DNA of 49,488 nucleotides from Cyanophyceae cyanobacterium (GCA_050331735.1 JBHJGN010000094.1:1-49488); one strand, 5' to 3'; shown: positions 1-9,948, numbered from the stretch's first letter. Numbers and translations are program-made. The notes: a model not told the origin generated them from the sequence alone.

Positions 1-138
1 AACTGCGTGCTTGGGAGCAACAACGCAATCGTCAAAAAGCGAAAGTAAATTGGCGTTTTACGGCTCCCAAGGCTAGAGAAAAAATGGGTCGATTATATCC
101 TCCTCTTAACCTGTCATAGTTTTCTTGGTCAACTACTA
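1..138 (+). mobile_element. Right end of an IS630-family element, including the transposase C-terminus (frame 3, 3..119)
   Basis: Frame 3 reads LRAWEQQRNRQKAKVNWRFTAPKAREKMGRLYPPLNLS*, resembling the typical IS630 C-terminus (AWE..RN....V.W.FT...AR.KL.RLYP). A CTAG at 136-139 follows, the classic IS630 TA target context. Confidence 0.75.
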
Positions 139-1650
139 GTCGTAGTGCCCCCGGATAATAGGGTTCCACCAGAAGACATTGAACGATTTTATCGTTCAGT
201 TTCAGAAAAGAATAACTTGCTAGTGCTCTCTGGTAACGATACCCACATGGCGAGCCGGGTAGAAGAAGCGTTAAGAGAGCTTTATGCCATTGCAAACATC
301 GCCAAGAGTATCAAATCTAGTGACTCCCTCCATGCCCAGGCGGAAGAGGCTCAAGAAGAAGCGAGGGGAGCTTTTATTCAAGCCCTTCAAGGAGCGTATA
401 ATCGACTTTTTTATCCAGCAGAGGACGGTCTCCAAAACGCCACGATAGAAAACGGTCTTAAATTTGGCCAAACCAGCGAGAACAGCGTAGAGATGCAAAT
501 CGAAACCATGCTGGCAAGTATGCGCTGCGATAATAAGCTGGCTCTAGATGCAGAGAATGACTCTCTTCCGTATTTTGCGATGGCAGAAGAGGAGCTTTGG
601 CCGCAAAACGATCGCCGCACTCCTTGGCGTGATGTGTTGATGCGAGCAAAGAGTAATCCCGCATGGCCTTGGATACCCGGACTGAAAGGATTAGAACAGC
701 TCAAAACTCAAGCCCTCTCTAAAGGGCGATGGCGCGAGGGAAAGGACGGTTACATCGAGAAAGGCCCGTTTCCTAAAGAGAAAACGGAAGTCAATATCGT
801 CGATCAACGCGAAGACTCCTCTACGGGCGAAACCATTCTTACCCTAAATCCGAAGCATTCCGGCCCGACACCGAAGATTCACTACAGCGCCTCCTCTAGC
901 GTGAGCGAAACAGATCCGGTTGTAGAAGATCTAGATTCATTTCGTACCAAAGAGCCAACGCTTTACTTTTTAGCGATTGATACCACAGGCGAACATCTTC
1001 CTGGCGAAGCAAAGCGATGGGTAGCGAAGCTCAAAGTGCGCCACCAGATTCACGAACATGCAGACTACCGTACTGTAGAACTTGCCGTAACGCCATCTGC
1101 AAAGATCCAGTACACCATTGATAGCACCAGCCCTCGGAGTGGCAAGGTGTATGACGGCCCGGTTCAGATATCTGATGAGGAAGTACTCTTGCAAGTTTAC
1201 GCTACCGCTGGCGAGGCAGTGGCTACAGAGACATTCACGATTGGGGAAAAAGGAAATGAACGCGCTCATGTAGACGAAACGCTTCCAGCCAAGTTAATTC
1301 GCCAAAAACCCCGCTTTGATACGACGAATGCCGTCTTCGACCTGATCTCGGAGTTTAAAGAACGCAATGGCGTAGTGTTTCATGGCGTCACTCTCAACGT
1401 TGGTGAAGGAGAGCAAGCCGTACAGGTGCGGTTTAATGACCGAGCGGTAACGCCAGAGATTTTAGAAAAGATGATTCTCGCTTTGCGCCAGAACCTTAAT
1501 GAACCAGATGCTCTGGTACAGGTAACTATTCGAGATAGCGCAGAGTTTCCCACAGGCTTCGATCTTAAAACCTTTGCTGAACTAGCAAATATTGAGCTTA
1601 CCCCAGACAAAGTGGAGCAGTTAAATGGCGTTAGCACTTCAAACAGATAA
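136..1650 (+). pseudogene. 3' part of a DUF499 ATPase-family anti-phage gene, interrupted by IS630
   Basis: Long ORF with no ATPase N-terminus, sitting in the position of the DUF499 gene ahead of DUF3780-DUF1156-helicase. The frame closes upstream at TAA 46-48 inside the IS sequence. C-terminal Fn3/chitobiase-like segment (IQYTIDSTSPRSGKVYDGPV). Confidence 0.7.
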
Positions 1651-1651
1651 T

Positions 1652-2257
1652 ATGACGAATAGAAGGAGCAAACGCGCCCAAAAACCGGACCACGCTACTC
1701 AAGGTTTTGGGGTACCGCTTACCGTTGCGCCGCATCATTTTGTCGTCGTTATTCCACGAGGACGACAATCCGTACAGATTATCGAAGATCTGGGGATGCA
1801 CGCTCAGGGGGACGAGAGCGAACTGTTAGATCGTGTAATTTTACCCCGTCAGATATGGAGTGAAATCGCTAACCCGGTAAAGCGAGCCTTCAACGAGCGC
1901 TTGAAGGCACACAATCTCAAACCAGGACAGTGGCGAGTCGGGGAAAACCAGGTCGATCGTTTACTTGGTAAGGAGCTATGCGTGCTGGCTTGGGGCATAG
2001 AAGAGCTTGAGCAGGAAAAGGTTGGTACAGCGCTGCGTAACTGGTTAGCCCTTCGTCCTGAAGAGCGCTGGTGGTTATTTGGCATGACTGCCGCTACAGT
2101 AGGTGGCCCTAATGACCGAGGCAGAGGATGGCGAGTGGCACTCCGTTACGCTCTAGGCGATACGCCTCAATCAACGATTCGAGAACCCAGACGTAGCGAA
2201 AAAAAGCAAGAAGATATCTACGATTCGCTACCACTTTTTCAACAGGGGGAGAAATAG
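1652..2257 (+). CDS. DUF3780 family anti-phage protein
   Basis: Motifs VDRLLGKELCVLAWGIE, NWLALRPEERWWL and GRGWRVALRYAL; operon context. The ATG at 1652 directly follows the upstream stop (the track starts the ORF at 1625). Confidence 0.85.
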   Translation: MTNRRSKRAQKPDHATQGFGVPLTVAPHHFVVVIPRGRQSVQIIEDLGMHAQGDESELLDRVILPRQIWSEIANPVKRAFNERLKAHNLKPGQWRVGENQVDRLLGKELCVLAWGIEELEQEKVGTALRNWLALRPEERWWLFGMTAATVGGPNDRGRGWRVALRYALGDTPQSTIREPRRSEKKQEDIYDSLPLFQQGEK

Positions 2258-2260
2258 GCT

Positions 2261-5200
2261 ATGCAGACCGCTACTTCCGTTCTTCCTCTGAACTTAAAAC
2301 CGCTTTCCTTAAAAGATGCTCCCTCACTAATTGAGTACGTATTTCCAGCACAGAAAATCTCAGCAGAGGCTCAGAAGGAGAGAAAAGCTGGAGCTGGGCA
2401 AACTCTTACAGCGCTTGGATCTTACTGGAAGGGACGCAAACCCCTAATCATGGTGCGAGCGATTGTGCTGGGGTGCTTGCTACCAGTGACTGAAGATTTA
2501 GAGACAGATCTTCGTATCTTTGAGAAGCTGATGGCGATTGATGACGATGCGTTTGGGCGCAGGGAGCCAAAGCTAAACGTTATAGAGATTGCCAAGCGTA
2601 TTACGTTAAAAACCCCTTGGGAGCTTTTTGCTTACACTAACAAGAATGACTGCTATCCAATCGATGAAATTGAAGCTCTTCAGTTTCCTCTCGATCGTTC
2701 CCGATATCCAAAGTTAAGCGTTCGCTGGAAGCGAGGGGTGGATATTGAGAAGAAACAAATGTTACAGGCGCAAGCATTGGAAGGTTTATCCTACGAGGAG
2801 AAGGTGAACTTATGCAAGCGACCTGAAGAGCTAGATCCGAGAATGCTCTACAAGCCTATTTGGGGCGATGTTAATGCACACCTAGCACAGTTTGGAATTG
2901 AGGCATACTCCCATGAGGGGTTGGTGGAGCAATTGGGGGTGCTGCGCTATGGGCATCGACCTAAAGTGGGAGATACCTTTTGCGGCGGTGGCTCGATACC
3001 GTTTGAAGCGGCACGATTAGGATGTGATGTTTATGCCTCTGACCTTAATCCGGTTGCCTGTATGTTGACCTGGGGAGCGCTGAACATTATTGGTGCTAGC
3101 CCGGAGAAGCGGAAAGAGATTGAACAGGCCCAGCAGGAAGTTTCGGAAGCGGTAGATCGTGAGATTACCAAATTAGGTATTGAGCATAATGAGCGTGGAG
3201 ATAGAGTCAAAACGTTCATGTATTGTTTAGAAACTTGCTGTCCTGAAACGGGATGGAAAGTGCCAATAGCACCAAGCTGGGCAATTTCTAAAAGGCATAA
3301 CGTGTACGCTAAACTCGTGCCAAATTACACCAAGAGATGCTTCGATATAAAAATAGTTTCGGATGCTACAAAATCCGAGATAGAAATAGCCGATCAAGGT
3401 ACATACCAAAATGAAAATCTAATTTACGAGTTAGACGGGAAAATATATCGAACCCCACTTAAGACAATTCGTCATGAGAATCTAATAAAGGATTCCGAGA
3501 AGCAAAATTCTTTAAGACAGTGGAAACAACAAGATTTTAAATCTTTTCCTGAAGATATTTTTCAGGAACGTCTTTATTGCATTCAATGGTCAACTAAAGA
3601 AACTCTAGGGAAATCAAGCCCAGAAACTTATTTTTCTTCTGTAACGGAAGCAGACATAAAACGAGAAAAGTTAGCTGAAGATATTGTCAAGGAAAACATT
3701 GTGTTTTGGCAAAAAGAGGGATTAATTCCAGATATGGCGATTGAGCCAGGAGCTAAAACCAATGAGCCAATCCGAACGAGAGGATGGCGGTATTGGCATC
3801 AGCTATTTTCTCCACGAGATCTTCTAATCTACTCGGTTATTCATAAACATATACGAGAAAAAAAAGCACCGCTTTTAATACCTTTATTTGCCAGAGCGCT
3901 TGACTATTCTAATAAGCTTTGTGGTTGGGTTACATCTTACCGAACTGATGGAGGATCAGATTTTGTAGGTCATGGTTTTTCTAATCAAGCATTGAATCCG
4001 ATGTTAAACCCGCCTAGCAGAAGTTCTCTGCAAATCCTAGACATATTTTTAACTTCTTTCAAAGACAGAGGTTCAATTAAATACGCTGATTTCAAAATAG
4101 AAACAATTTGTGCTTCTAATATGCAAGAAGCCTGCTCATTATTGATTACTGACCCTCCGTATGCAGATGCAGTAAGCTACCAGGAGATAACTGAATTAAT
4201 AATATCTTGGCTGCGAAAAGAATCGCTAGAGCCATTTGATGGATGGATTTGGGATTCTCGTCGTTCTTTAGCCATTAAAGGTGATGGGGATTACTTTCGA
4301 CGTAGGATGGTAGACGCTTATAAAGCTATGGCAAAACACATGGCTGATAACGGCTTGCAGTGTGTTATGTTTACGCACCAAGATACTGGTATTTGGACAG
4401 ACATGGTTTCTATCTTTTGGGCTTCTGGACTTCAAGCAGTAAGCGCTTGGTATATTGCTACAGAAACAAGCTCTGGAACCAAAACAGGAGGCTACGTCCA
4501 AGGTACCGTTACTCTGCTACTTCGCAAACGCTTACAACCAGCCTCCACTTTCAAGCAACGCTTACTGCCTAAAATCCGTAAGGAAGTTACTGCCCAAGTT
4601 GAATCCATGATGCACCTGAACGAACAAGCTCAAGCTCATGGAGAGACAGTTTTTAACGACTCAGATCTGCAAATGGCAGGGTATGCGGCAGCTTTAAAAG
4701 TGCTGACCCGCTACACCGAAGTTGATGGACGTGACGTAACAACGCTCGCTCTACAGCCTCGCCAAAGGGGAGAAACGACGGTTGTAGACGACATCGTAGA
4801 GTATGCTTCAGAGGTGGCTAACAACCTACTAATCCCAGAACGTCTAAAGGAACTTAACCCTGATACCTGGAGCGAAATAACGGGAGTAGAGCGCTTTTAC
4901 TTACGCATGTTAGCAATTGAAAAAACAGGAGCTTCTAAACTCGATAACTACCAGAACTTCTCCAAAGCCTTTCACGTCGCTTATCAGCCCCTTATGGACT
5001 CCCTAAACCCGAATAATGCGCGGCTGAAAGGGGTAAAGGATTTTAAGTCCCGCGAACTTGCTAGTGGCGAACTAGGAGGCACGCTGCTTAGCGAAATTCT
5101 CATAGCTATTCAAGAACTACTAGACGATAAAGAACCAAAGGTCGTAATCGGACAAATTCGTACCAGCCTTGACGATATCTACTTCCAAAAGCGCAGCCAT

Positions 5201-5314
5201 CTTATCGCTATAGCTCATTATCTGTCAGATATGTGGAGCGATAAACGGCCAGCAGAAGCACAAAAAGCAGAAATTATCGCTAACCGGATTCGTAACGAAC
5301 AACTCGGTTCTTAA
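2261..5314 (+). CDS. DUF1156-domain DNA adenine methyltransferase
   Basis: N-terminal LGSYWKGRKPL, SAM-binding DTFCGGGSIPFEA, catalytic TDPPY. Confidence 0.9.
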   Translation: MQTATSVLPLNLKPLSLKDAPSLIEYVFPAQKISAEAQKERKAGAGQTLTALGSYWKGRKPLIMVRAIVLGCLLPVTEDLETDLRIFEKLMAIDDDAFGRREPKLNVIEIAKRITLKTPWELFAYTNKNDCYPIDEIEALQFPLDRSRYPKLSVRWKRGVDIEKKQMLQAQALEGLSYEEKVNLCKRPEELDPRMLYKPIWGDVNAHLAQFGIEAYSHEGLVEQLGVLRYGHRPKVGDTFCGGGSIPFEAARLGCDVYASDLNPVACMLTWGALNIIGASPEKRKEIEQAQQEVSEAVDREITKLGIEHNERGDRVKTFMYCLETCCPETGWKVPIAPSWAISKRHNVYAKLVPNYTKRCFDIKIVSDATKSEIEIADQGTYQNENLIYELDGKIYRTPLKTIRHENLIKDSEKQNSLRQWKQQDFKSFPEDIFQERLYCIQWSTKETLGKSSPETYFSSVTEADIKREKLAEDIVKENIVFWQKEGLIPDMAIEPGAKTNEPIRTRGWRYWHQLFSPRDLLIYSVIHKHIREKKAPLLIPLFARALDYSNKLCGWVTSYRTDGGSDFVGHGFSNQALNPMLNPPSRSSLQILDIFLTSFKDRGSIKYADFKIETICASNMQEACSLLITDPPYADAVSYQEITELIISWLRKESLEPFDGWIWDSRRSLAIKGDGDYFRRRMVDAYKAMAKHMADNGLQCVMFTHQDTGIWTDMVSIFWASGLQAVSAWYIATETSSGTKTGGYVQGTVTLLLRKRLQPASTFKQRLLPKIRKEVTAQVESMMHLNEQAQAHGETVFNDSDLQMAGYAAALKVLTRYTEVDGRDVTTLALQPRQRGETTVVDDIVEYASEVANNLLIPERLKELNPDTWSEITGVERFYLRMLAIEKTGASKLDNYQNFSKAFHVAYQPLMDSLNPNNARLKGVKDFKSRELASGELGGTLLSEILIAIQELLDDKEPKVVIGQIRTSLDDIYFQKRSHLIAIAHYLSDMWSDKRPAEAQKAEIIANRIRNEQLGS

Positions 5315-5329
5315 CTCTCTTCAAACCTC

Positions 5330-8092
5330 ATGACGGATCTGATCAAGCGCTTCTCCTCTAGAACCCACTCCCTAGATCGTACTGTGCTGACGGAGTATCT
5401 GAAAGAAGCGCGGCGCTATCACCGCATCGCCGGATACTTCACCTCCTCTTTATTTGAGGTTGCCGGGGAATATCTGGAAGGAATTGAGGAAGTGCAGATT
5501 GTTTGTAACTCTGACGTGCGTTCTGAAGATGTCAAAGTTGCTAAAGTGTACGAATCGAAACTTTTAGGACGCTTAAACAGGTCGCCAGTAGAAGCAGAGT
5601 CTCTTCTCAATAAGCCCCGTTACCAGCGGCTATACCAATTTTTAGGTAAGCACCCCCACGCTATCCGCGTCGCACCCGATGACTTCTGCGGCTTTGTACA
5701 CGGCAAGGCAGGAGTTATTGAACTAAGAGATGGACGCAGACTTGGCTTCATCGGCTCTATGAATGAAACGCGAGCAGGATGGCAGGAGCATTATGAAATT
5801 GTGTGGTCTGATGAAAGCAAAGAGGGGGTAGATTGGATTCAGGCTGAGTTTGATGCCCTCTGGTCTAGAGCAGTCCCCTTACCCAGAGTTATCGTTCAAG
5901 AAGTCTGGCGACGTGCCCATCGGGTTGAAATTCAGATAGAAGACGAGGAAACCGATCACAACAATATTGCTCCGGCGGCTCTTGTAGAATCCCCTATGTA
6001 TCGAGAGGGGCTTTCGTTGCAGCCTTGGCAACGTGCCTTTGTTGCTGAGTGCATGAAACACCTACGCTGGCACGGCGTTGTCAGGCTGTTGATTGCTGAT
6101 GAAGTTGGTTTGGGCAAAACGCTTTCTTTAGGCACAGCAACGCTTGCGCTTACTCTCTTAAATGAACAGGCGATCGCCAATCGTGGTTTCTATGCTCGGC
6201 GAAGACCTGTTGCCATTTTTGCTCCTGCTACACTTACAGAGCAGTGGCAGACGGAATTATTGGATAAGTTAGGGCTTCCCTGTGCCCGGTGGTCATCTCA
6301 GAAGAAAGTATGGCTCGATCCAGAAGCCAGAGCGATTTCCCCTAGCGGGGCTGAACATATCGTGCGCTGCCCGCTACGAATCGGAATTATTTCTACCGGA
6401 CTGATTATCCAGCCCACTAGAGAACGAGAACTCCTTAACCACGTCAACTTTGAAATCTTAATTCAGGACGAATCCCATAAATCTCGCCGCAAGCAAGGCA
6501 TGGGAAAAGATGCTGGTCAACCTAACGCGCTGTTAGATTTCATGCTCAAGGCAGCAAGTCGATCAAAGCATGTCCTGCTTGGCACAGCTACCCCAGTACA
6601 GACAGAAGTAGATGATCTGTGGGATCAACTGCGGATTCTGCACCAGGGAGAGGGGCGCTTTGTTCTAGGTAGTGATTTTAGTCCCTGGCATCACCCAGAG
6701 CAAGTAATACCAGTAGTTACAGGCAAAGAGCGGCTAGACGATCCAGAGGCGGCATGGCGGTTTTTGCGCTCTCCGCTACCGCCGCTGGAAACCTCTAACG
6801 AAAGTGACTTTAGACGAGTCATCCACGAAATTCGGGGTGAATTAGGAATGAAGGAGCGGGCTTTTGATGTTACTGCATCCGTTGTCGATCTTCCCTGCGC
6901 TGTGCGCGATGATTTAGAAGATCTTTTAGACACTGAAGAGGCTAACATGAGGTTTTTTCAGCGTCACAATCCGATTGTTCGCCATGTGGTTCTTCGCAAG
7001 CGAAAGGTTCTTGAGGAGGCTAATCTACTTCAGAGAGTTGGCGTAGATCTTCACCCTAATAGAGCCAAAAGTCAATGTCCTAATACCTTTTCAGTATTGT
7101 TTCAACGACGGGCTTTGAGAACCGACGAGGCTTTTGATCGTGCTTATGAAGCAGCAGACGCTTTCGGCAAAGCCTACGGGCAGCGAGTTCAGGGAGCTGG
7201 CTTCATGAAAAACCTGCTGAAGCAGCGTCTCTGTTCTAGTTGTATTGCTGGTCTGAATACAGCTCAAAAGATCCTCGAAGGCCAGATTGAAGATGAAAGT
7301 GAAGATGAAACCAACCAGAATATTGAAATTTCAGTAGCTGAGCAAGAGACTCTCCAAGAACTTATTAATGCTTTGGAGAGGATGCAGGGAGAAGACCCTA
7401 AGTTAAAGGCTGTAAAACACTACCTCACTCAGGAAAATTGGATTCAGCACGGATGTATAATCTTTAGCCAATATTACGATACTGCCGCCTGGGTAGCAGA
7501 GCAGCTTGCAGCCCTATTTTCAGATCAACTTATCGGTCTCTATGCTGGGGCTGGCAAAAGCGCCCTGTTTAGAGGGTCAGAAGACCGGAACAACGCTGAA
7601 CGGGAAACTCTTAAAAGCCTCGTTGAAGAGCAAGCTCTTAGAATCATGGTGGCTACAGACGCAGCCTGCGAAGGACTCAATCTTCAGCGCCTAGGAACCC
7701 TGATCAATGTCGATCTGCCTTGGAACCCTACCCGTCTAGAACAGCGCATTGGTCGCATTAAGCGTTTCGGTCAAACTCGCTCTACGGTTGACATGCTGAA
7801 TTTGGTGTATCAAGACACGGTGGACGAGAAAATCTACGATCGTCTTTCCGCGCGAATGAAAAACCGCTTCGATCTCTTTGGCTCATTACCGGACACAATT
7901 GAGGATGAGTGGATTGAGCAGATTGAGACTTTAGATGAAAAGCTCGATGAATATATCAATGCCCAGAAACGAGTCAATGGATTTGATATTCGCTATAACG
8001 CGAGTCTAGATACAGAAGAAGATGAATGGAGAAATTGCGCGCGAGTTTTATCGCGCAGGAGTATAGATACGCTTATGAGGAATGGCTGGTGA
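5330..8092 (+). CDS. PLD-like nuclease fused to a SNF2-family helicase (anti-phage)
   Basis: HGKAG...GSMNET PLD-like motif; ADEVGLGKT, DESH, TATP, EGLNLQ and QRIGRIKRFGQ helicase motifs. Confidence 0.9.
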   Translation: MTDLIKRFSSRTHSLDRTVLTEYLKEARRYHRIAGYFTSSLFEVAGEYLEGIEEVQIVCNSDVRSEDVKVAKVYESKLLGRLNRSPVEAESLLNKPRYQRLYQFLGKHPHAIRVAPDDFCGFVHGKAGVIELRDGRRLGFIGSMNETRAGWQEHYEIVWSDESKEGVDWIQAEFDALWSRAVPLPRVIVQEVWRRAHRVEIQIEDEETDHNNIAPAALVESPMYREGLSLQPWQRAFVAECMKHLRWHGVVRLLIADEVGLGKTLSLGTATLALTLLNEQAIANRGFYARRRPVAIFAPATLTEQWQTELLDKLGLPCARWSSQKKVWLDPEARAISPSGAEHIVRCPLRIGIISTGLIIQPTRERELLNHVNFEILIQDESHKSRRKQGMGKDAGQPNALLDFMLKAASRSKHVLLGTATPVQTEVDDLWDQLRILHQGEGRFVLGSDFSPWHHPEQVIPVVTGKERLDDPEAAWRFLRSPLPPLETSNESDFRRVIHEIRGELGMKERAFDVTASVVDLPCAVRDDLEDLLDTEEANMRFFQRHNPIVRHVVLRKRKVLEEANLLQRVGVDLHPNRAKSQCPNTFSVLFQRRALRTDEAFDRAYEAADAFGKAYGQRVQGAGFMKNLLKQRLCSSCIAGLNTAQKILEGQIEDESEDETNQNIEISVAEQETLQELINALERMQGEDPKLKAVKHYLTQENWIQHGCIIFSQYYDTAAWVAEQLAALFSDQLIGLYAGAGKSALFRGSEDRNNAERETLKSLVEEQALRIMVATDAACEGLNLQRLGTLINVDLPWNPTRLEQRIGRIKRFGQTRSTVDMLNLVYQDTVDEKIYDRLSARMKNRFDLFGSLPDTIEDEWIEQIETLDEKLDEYINAQKRVNGFDIRYNASLDTEEDEWRNCARVLSRRSIDTLMRNGW

Positions 8093-8114
8093 GAGAGTTG
8101 TTCGTCTTTTCACT

Positions 8115-8520
8115 ATTGTCCAGCTCAAGAACGACTACGATAGGGAAGTATTCGACGGAGATATGGGATCTTACTGCCGTTGACACGACCGCACAGGAAG
8201 TGACAATCCAGTTCGAGGCGCAAGCGGTCAACTACGACTATGCTGACCTCAATGAAGTCTTCCTAGCGTGAAGCGTGTCAATTCACAAGTTTCAAGGCTC
8301 GGAGTATCCGATGGGGATTCTGTCTATGTTTATGCAGCACTACCGGATGCTGAGCCGCAATCTGCTCTATGCGGGACTGCCTCGCGTGAAGAAGCTAGCC
8401 GTTTTAGTTGAACCCAAAAAGGCGATCGCGCTAGCGGTACGACAGTTAAAAGAGCAGCAGCGGTACACGAAGTTAGCCACCAAGCTAAAGCGAGAGGAGC
8501 ATGAAGACGTTGCTTTCTAG
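8115..8520 (+). pseudogene. C-terminal remnant of a RecD2-like helicase
   Basis: Frame 3 reads IVQLKNDYDREVFDGDMG, then a frameshift near 8170. Frame 1 continues YDYADLNEVFLA*SVSIHKFQGSEYP...LSRNLLY with an in-frame TGA at 8269-8271. Confidence 0.8.
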
Positions 8521-8587
8521 CAGATTCTCTTGACTGATAAGATGAGCTAAGTATCGTAAATGCAAACTGTAATTAACTTAACTTAGA

Positions 8588-8632
8588 TAAAAAAAGACTA
8601 CTCCTGGGGAAGAGTTAGGGAGTAATCTTATC
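8588..8632 (-). terminator. Likely intrinsic terminator for the leftward small genes
   Basis: Imperfect stem GACTACTCC/GGAGTAATC next to an A-run, which is a U-run on the minus strand. Confidence 0.4.
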
Positions 8633-8656
8633 AAAGAATCTAAGCAGATTGAGCAA

Positions 8657-8866
8657 CTAAACCTTGAGTTTCTCTAGACTATCCTGTAACCATTCCGCTG
8701 TTTTAGGGTAGTCTTCTTCAATAATCTCAACTGCTCTCCTAAACAAACTCTCGTGATGGCAGTCACCACTAACCCATTGCAGAACGCGAGTGAGAGCTTT
8801 AAAAGTTTTTCGATTTAGCTCTTCAATAATATAAGCAACGGCAGCTTGTTGTTCGAGATGTGTCAT
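8657..8866 (-). CDS. Hypothetical protein (69 aa)
   Basis: ATG with AGGAG RBS; ATGA overlap with the upstream RHH ORF. Confidence 0.65.
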   Translation of the reverse strand: MTHLEQQAAVAYIIEELNRKTFKALTRVLQWVSGDCHHESLFRRAVEIIEEDYPKTAEWLQDSLEKLKV

Positions 8867-9033
8867 GATAGTTGTCTCCTTACTAGTGGTAGATAGAACT
8901 GAATGGCTTCTCTCAAGAATTGAGAGAGAGTAAGTCTTTTCAGATAGGCGAGGTTTTCAAGTTCCTGCCTTGTCTGAGTTGAAAGGCGTATCGTTAGCCT
9001 TTCAGCTTTATTGGTCTCAGGTTTGTTTTTCAT
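8863..9033 (-). CDS. Ribbon-helix-helix (CopG-like) DNA-binding protein, 56 aa, not in the ORF track
   Basis: Translated by hand: MKNKPETNKAERLTIRLSTQTRQELENLAYLKRLTLSQFLREAIQFYLPLVRRQLS*. RHH pattern: beta strand RLTIRL and helix SQFLREAI. Confidence 0.75.
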   Translation of the reverse strand: MKNKPETNKAERLTIRLSTQTRQELENLAYLKRLTLSQFLREAIQFYLPLVRRQLS

Positions 9034-9116
9034 AATTACCTGTGAACGTTATGCCCCCAATGTAGATAATGAAAGGTCGGACAAAGTAGGCAACCTTTTG
9101 TCAGACCATTGAGGCT

Positions 9117-9368
9117 TCAGATCAAGTCAGTCCTTGCTCGCCGTTCAACTCTCTCAGCGGCTTTGCGTACCATCTGAGTTTGGGTCGCATCAGCCAGACT
9201 CAACCTTGAAGCTGGATACTGGTAATCGGTACAGCCTTTGAAGGTGCGCCCGCTAGCGGTGAAGTGGAATGTGCGGGTAATGTAGTAGTCCCCACGTCGA
9301 GCCAGCACCAGAGACGGCATATCGGAATCAGACACAACTACGTCACCGGGTTGAAACTCATGAGCCAT
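9117..9368 (-). CDS. Hypothetical protein, possible small SH3/KOW-like beta-barrel
   Basis: AGGAG RBS; FQPGDVV start motif. Confidence 0.6.
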   Translation of the reverse strand: MAHEFQPGDVVVSDSDMPSLVLARRGDYYITRTFHFTASGRTFKGCTDYQYPASRLSLADATQTQMVRKAAERVERRARTDLI

Positions 9369-9426
9369 TAGTTTTCTCCTTAGTCAATATAGTAAAACCT
9401 CGCCCAATCGTGGCGAGGTCAGGCAT

Positions 9427-9747
9427 CTAAAACTCGTCCGGCAGACGGTCCAGGTCGTGGAAGTTAACGGACATCACATCCCACTCCAGTAGCAAGTCTC
9501 CTAAACGCTCCTCTACTTCCTCATAGCTCAGCCAGCCCTCATAGGAAACTGATTTAACGTGAGCTGGGAAGGGAGAACCATACTCGCGGCTCGTCTCTTC
9601 GTCCAGTGCCTTGCTAGCGAGCTGAACGGTAGTTTGATAGCGTCCGCCGTGAACGTACACGGCTCCGGTACTACGGTCTTGCTTGGCGGTAGACTTGTCA
9701 TTAGCAAACATGAAATTAGCTCCCGATGGTCGAAGGTTTTTAATCAA
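9427..9747 (-). CDS. Hypothetical protein (true start possibly ATG 9711)
   Basis: ORF co-directional with its neighbours; acidic C-terminus. Confidence 0.55.
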   Translation of the reverse strand: MIKNLRPSGANFMFANDKSTAKQDRSTGAVYVHGGRYQTTVQLASKALDEETSREYGSPFPAHVKSVSYEGWLSYEEVEERLGDLLLEWDVMSVNFHDLDRLPDEF

Positions 9748-9948
9748 CCGTTCCGGGAGGCTTTCTTTGCTATTGGTATTTGTTCAGTATTGTTTATTTA
9801 GCTTTGTTTTCTCTTTTTCTAGAAGGAGCGACGGCTGATAAGCGGTCGCGGCAGCGGTGGTGGCTGGGGTGGATGGTGGGCGCGAGGCGGCGTTGGTCGG
9901 AGCGAAGCGGAGACGAACAGAGCCGAGCAATACAGGGGTTGGGCTTAA

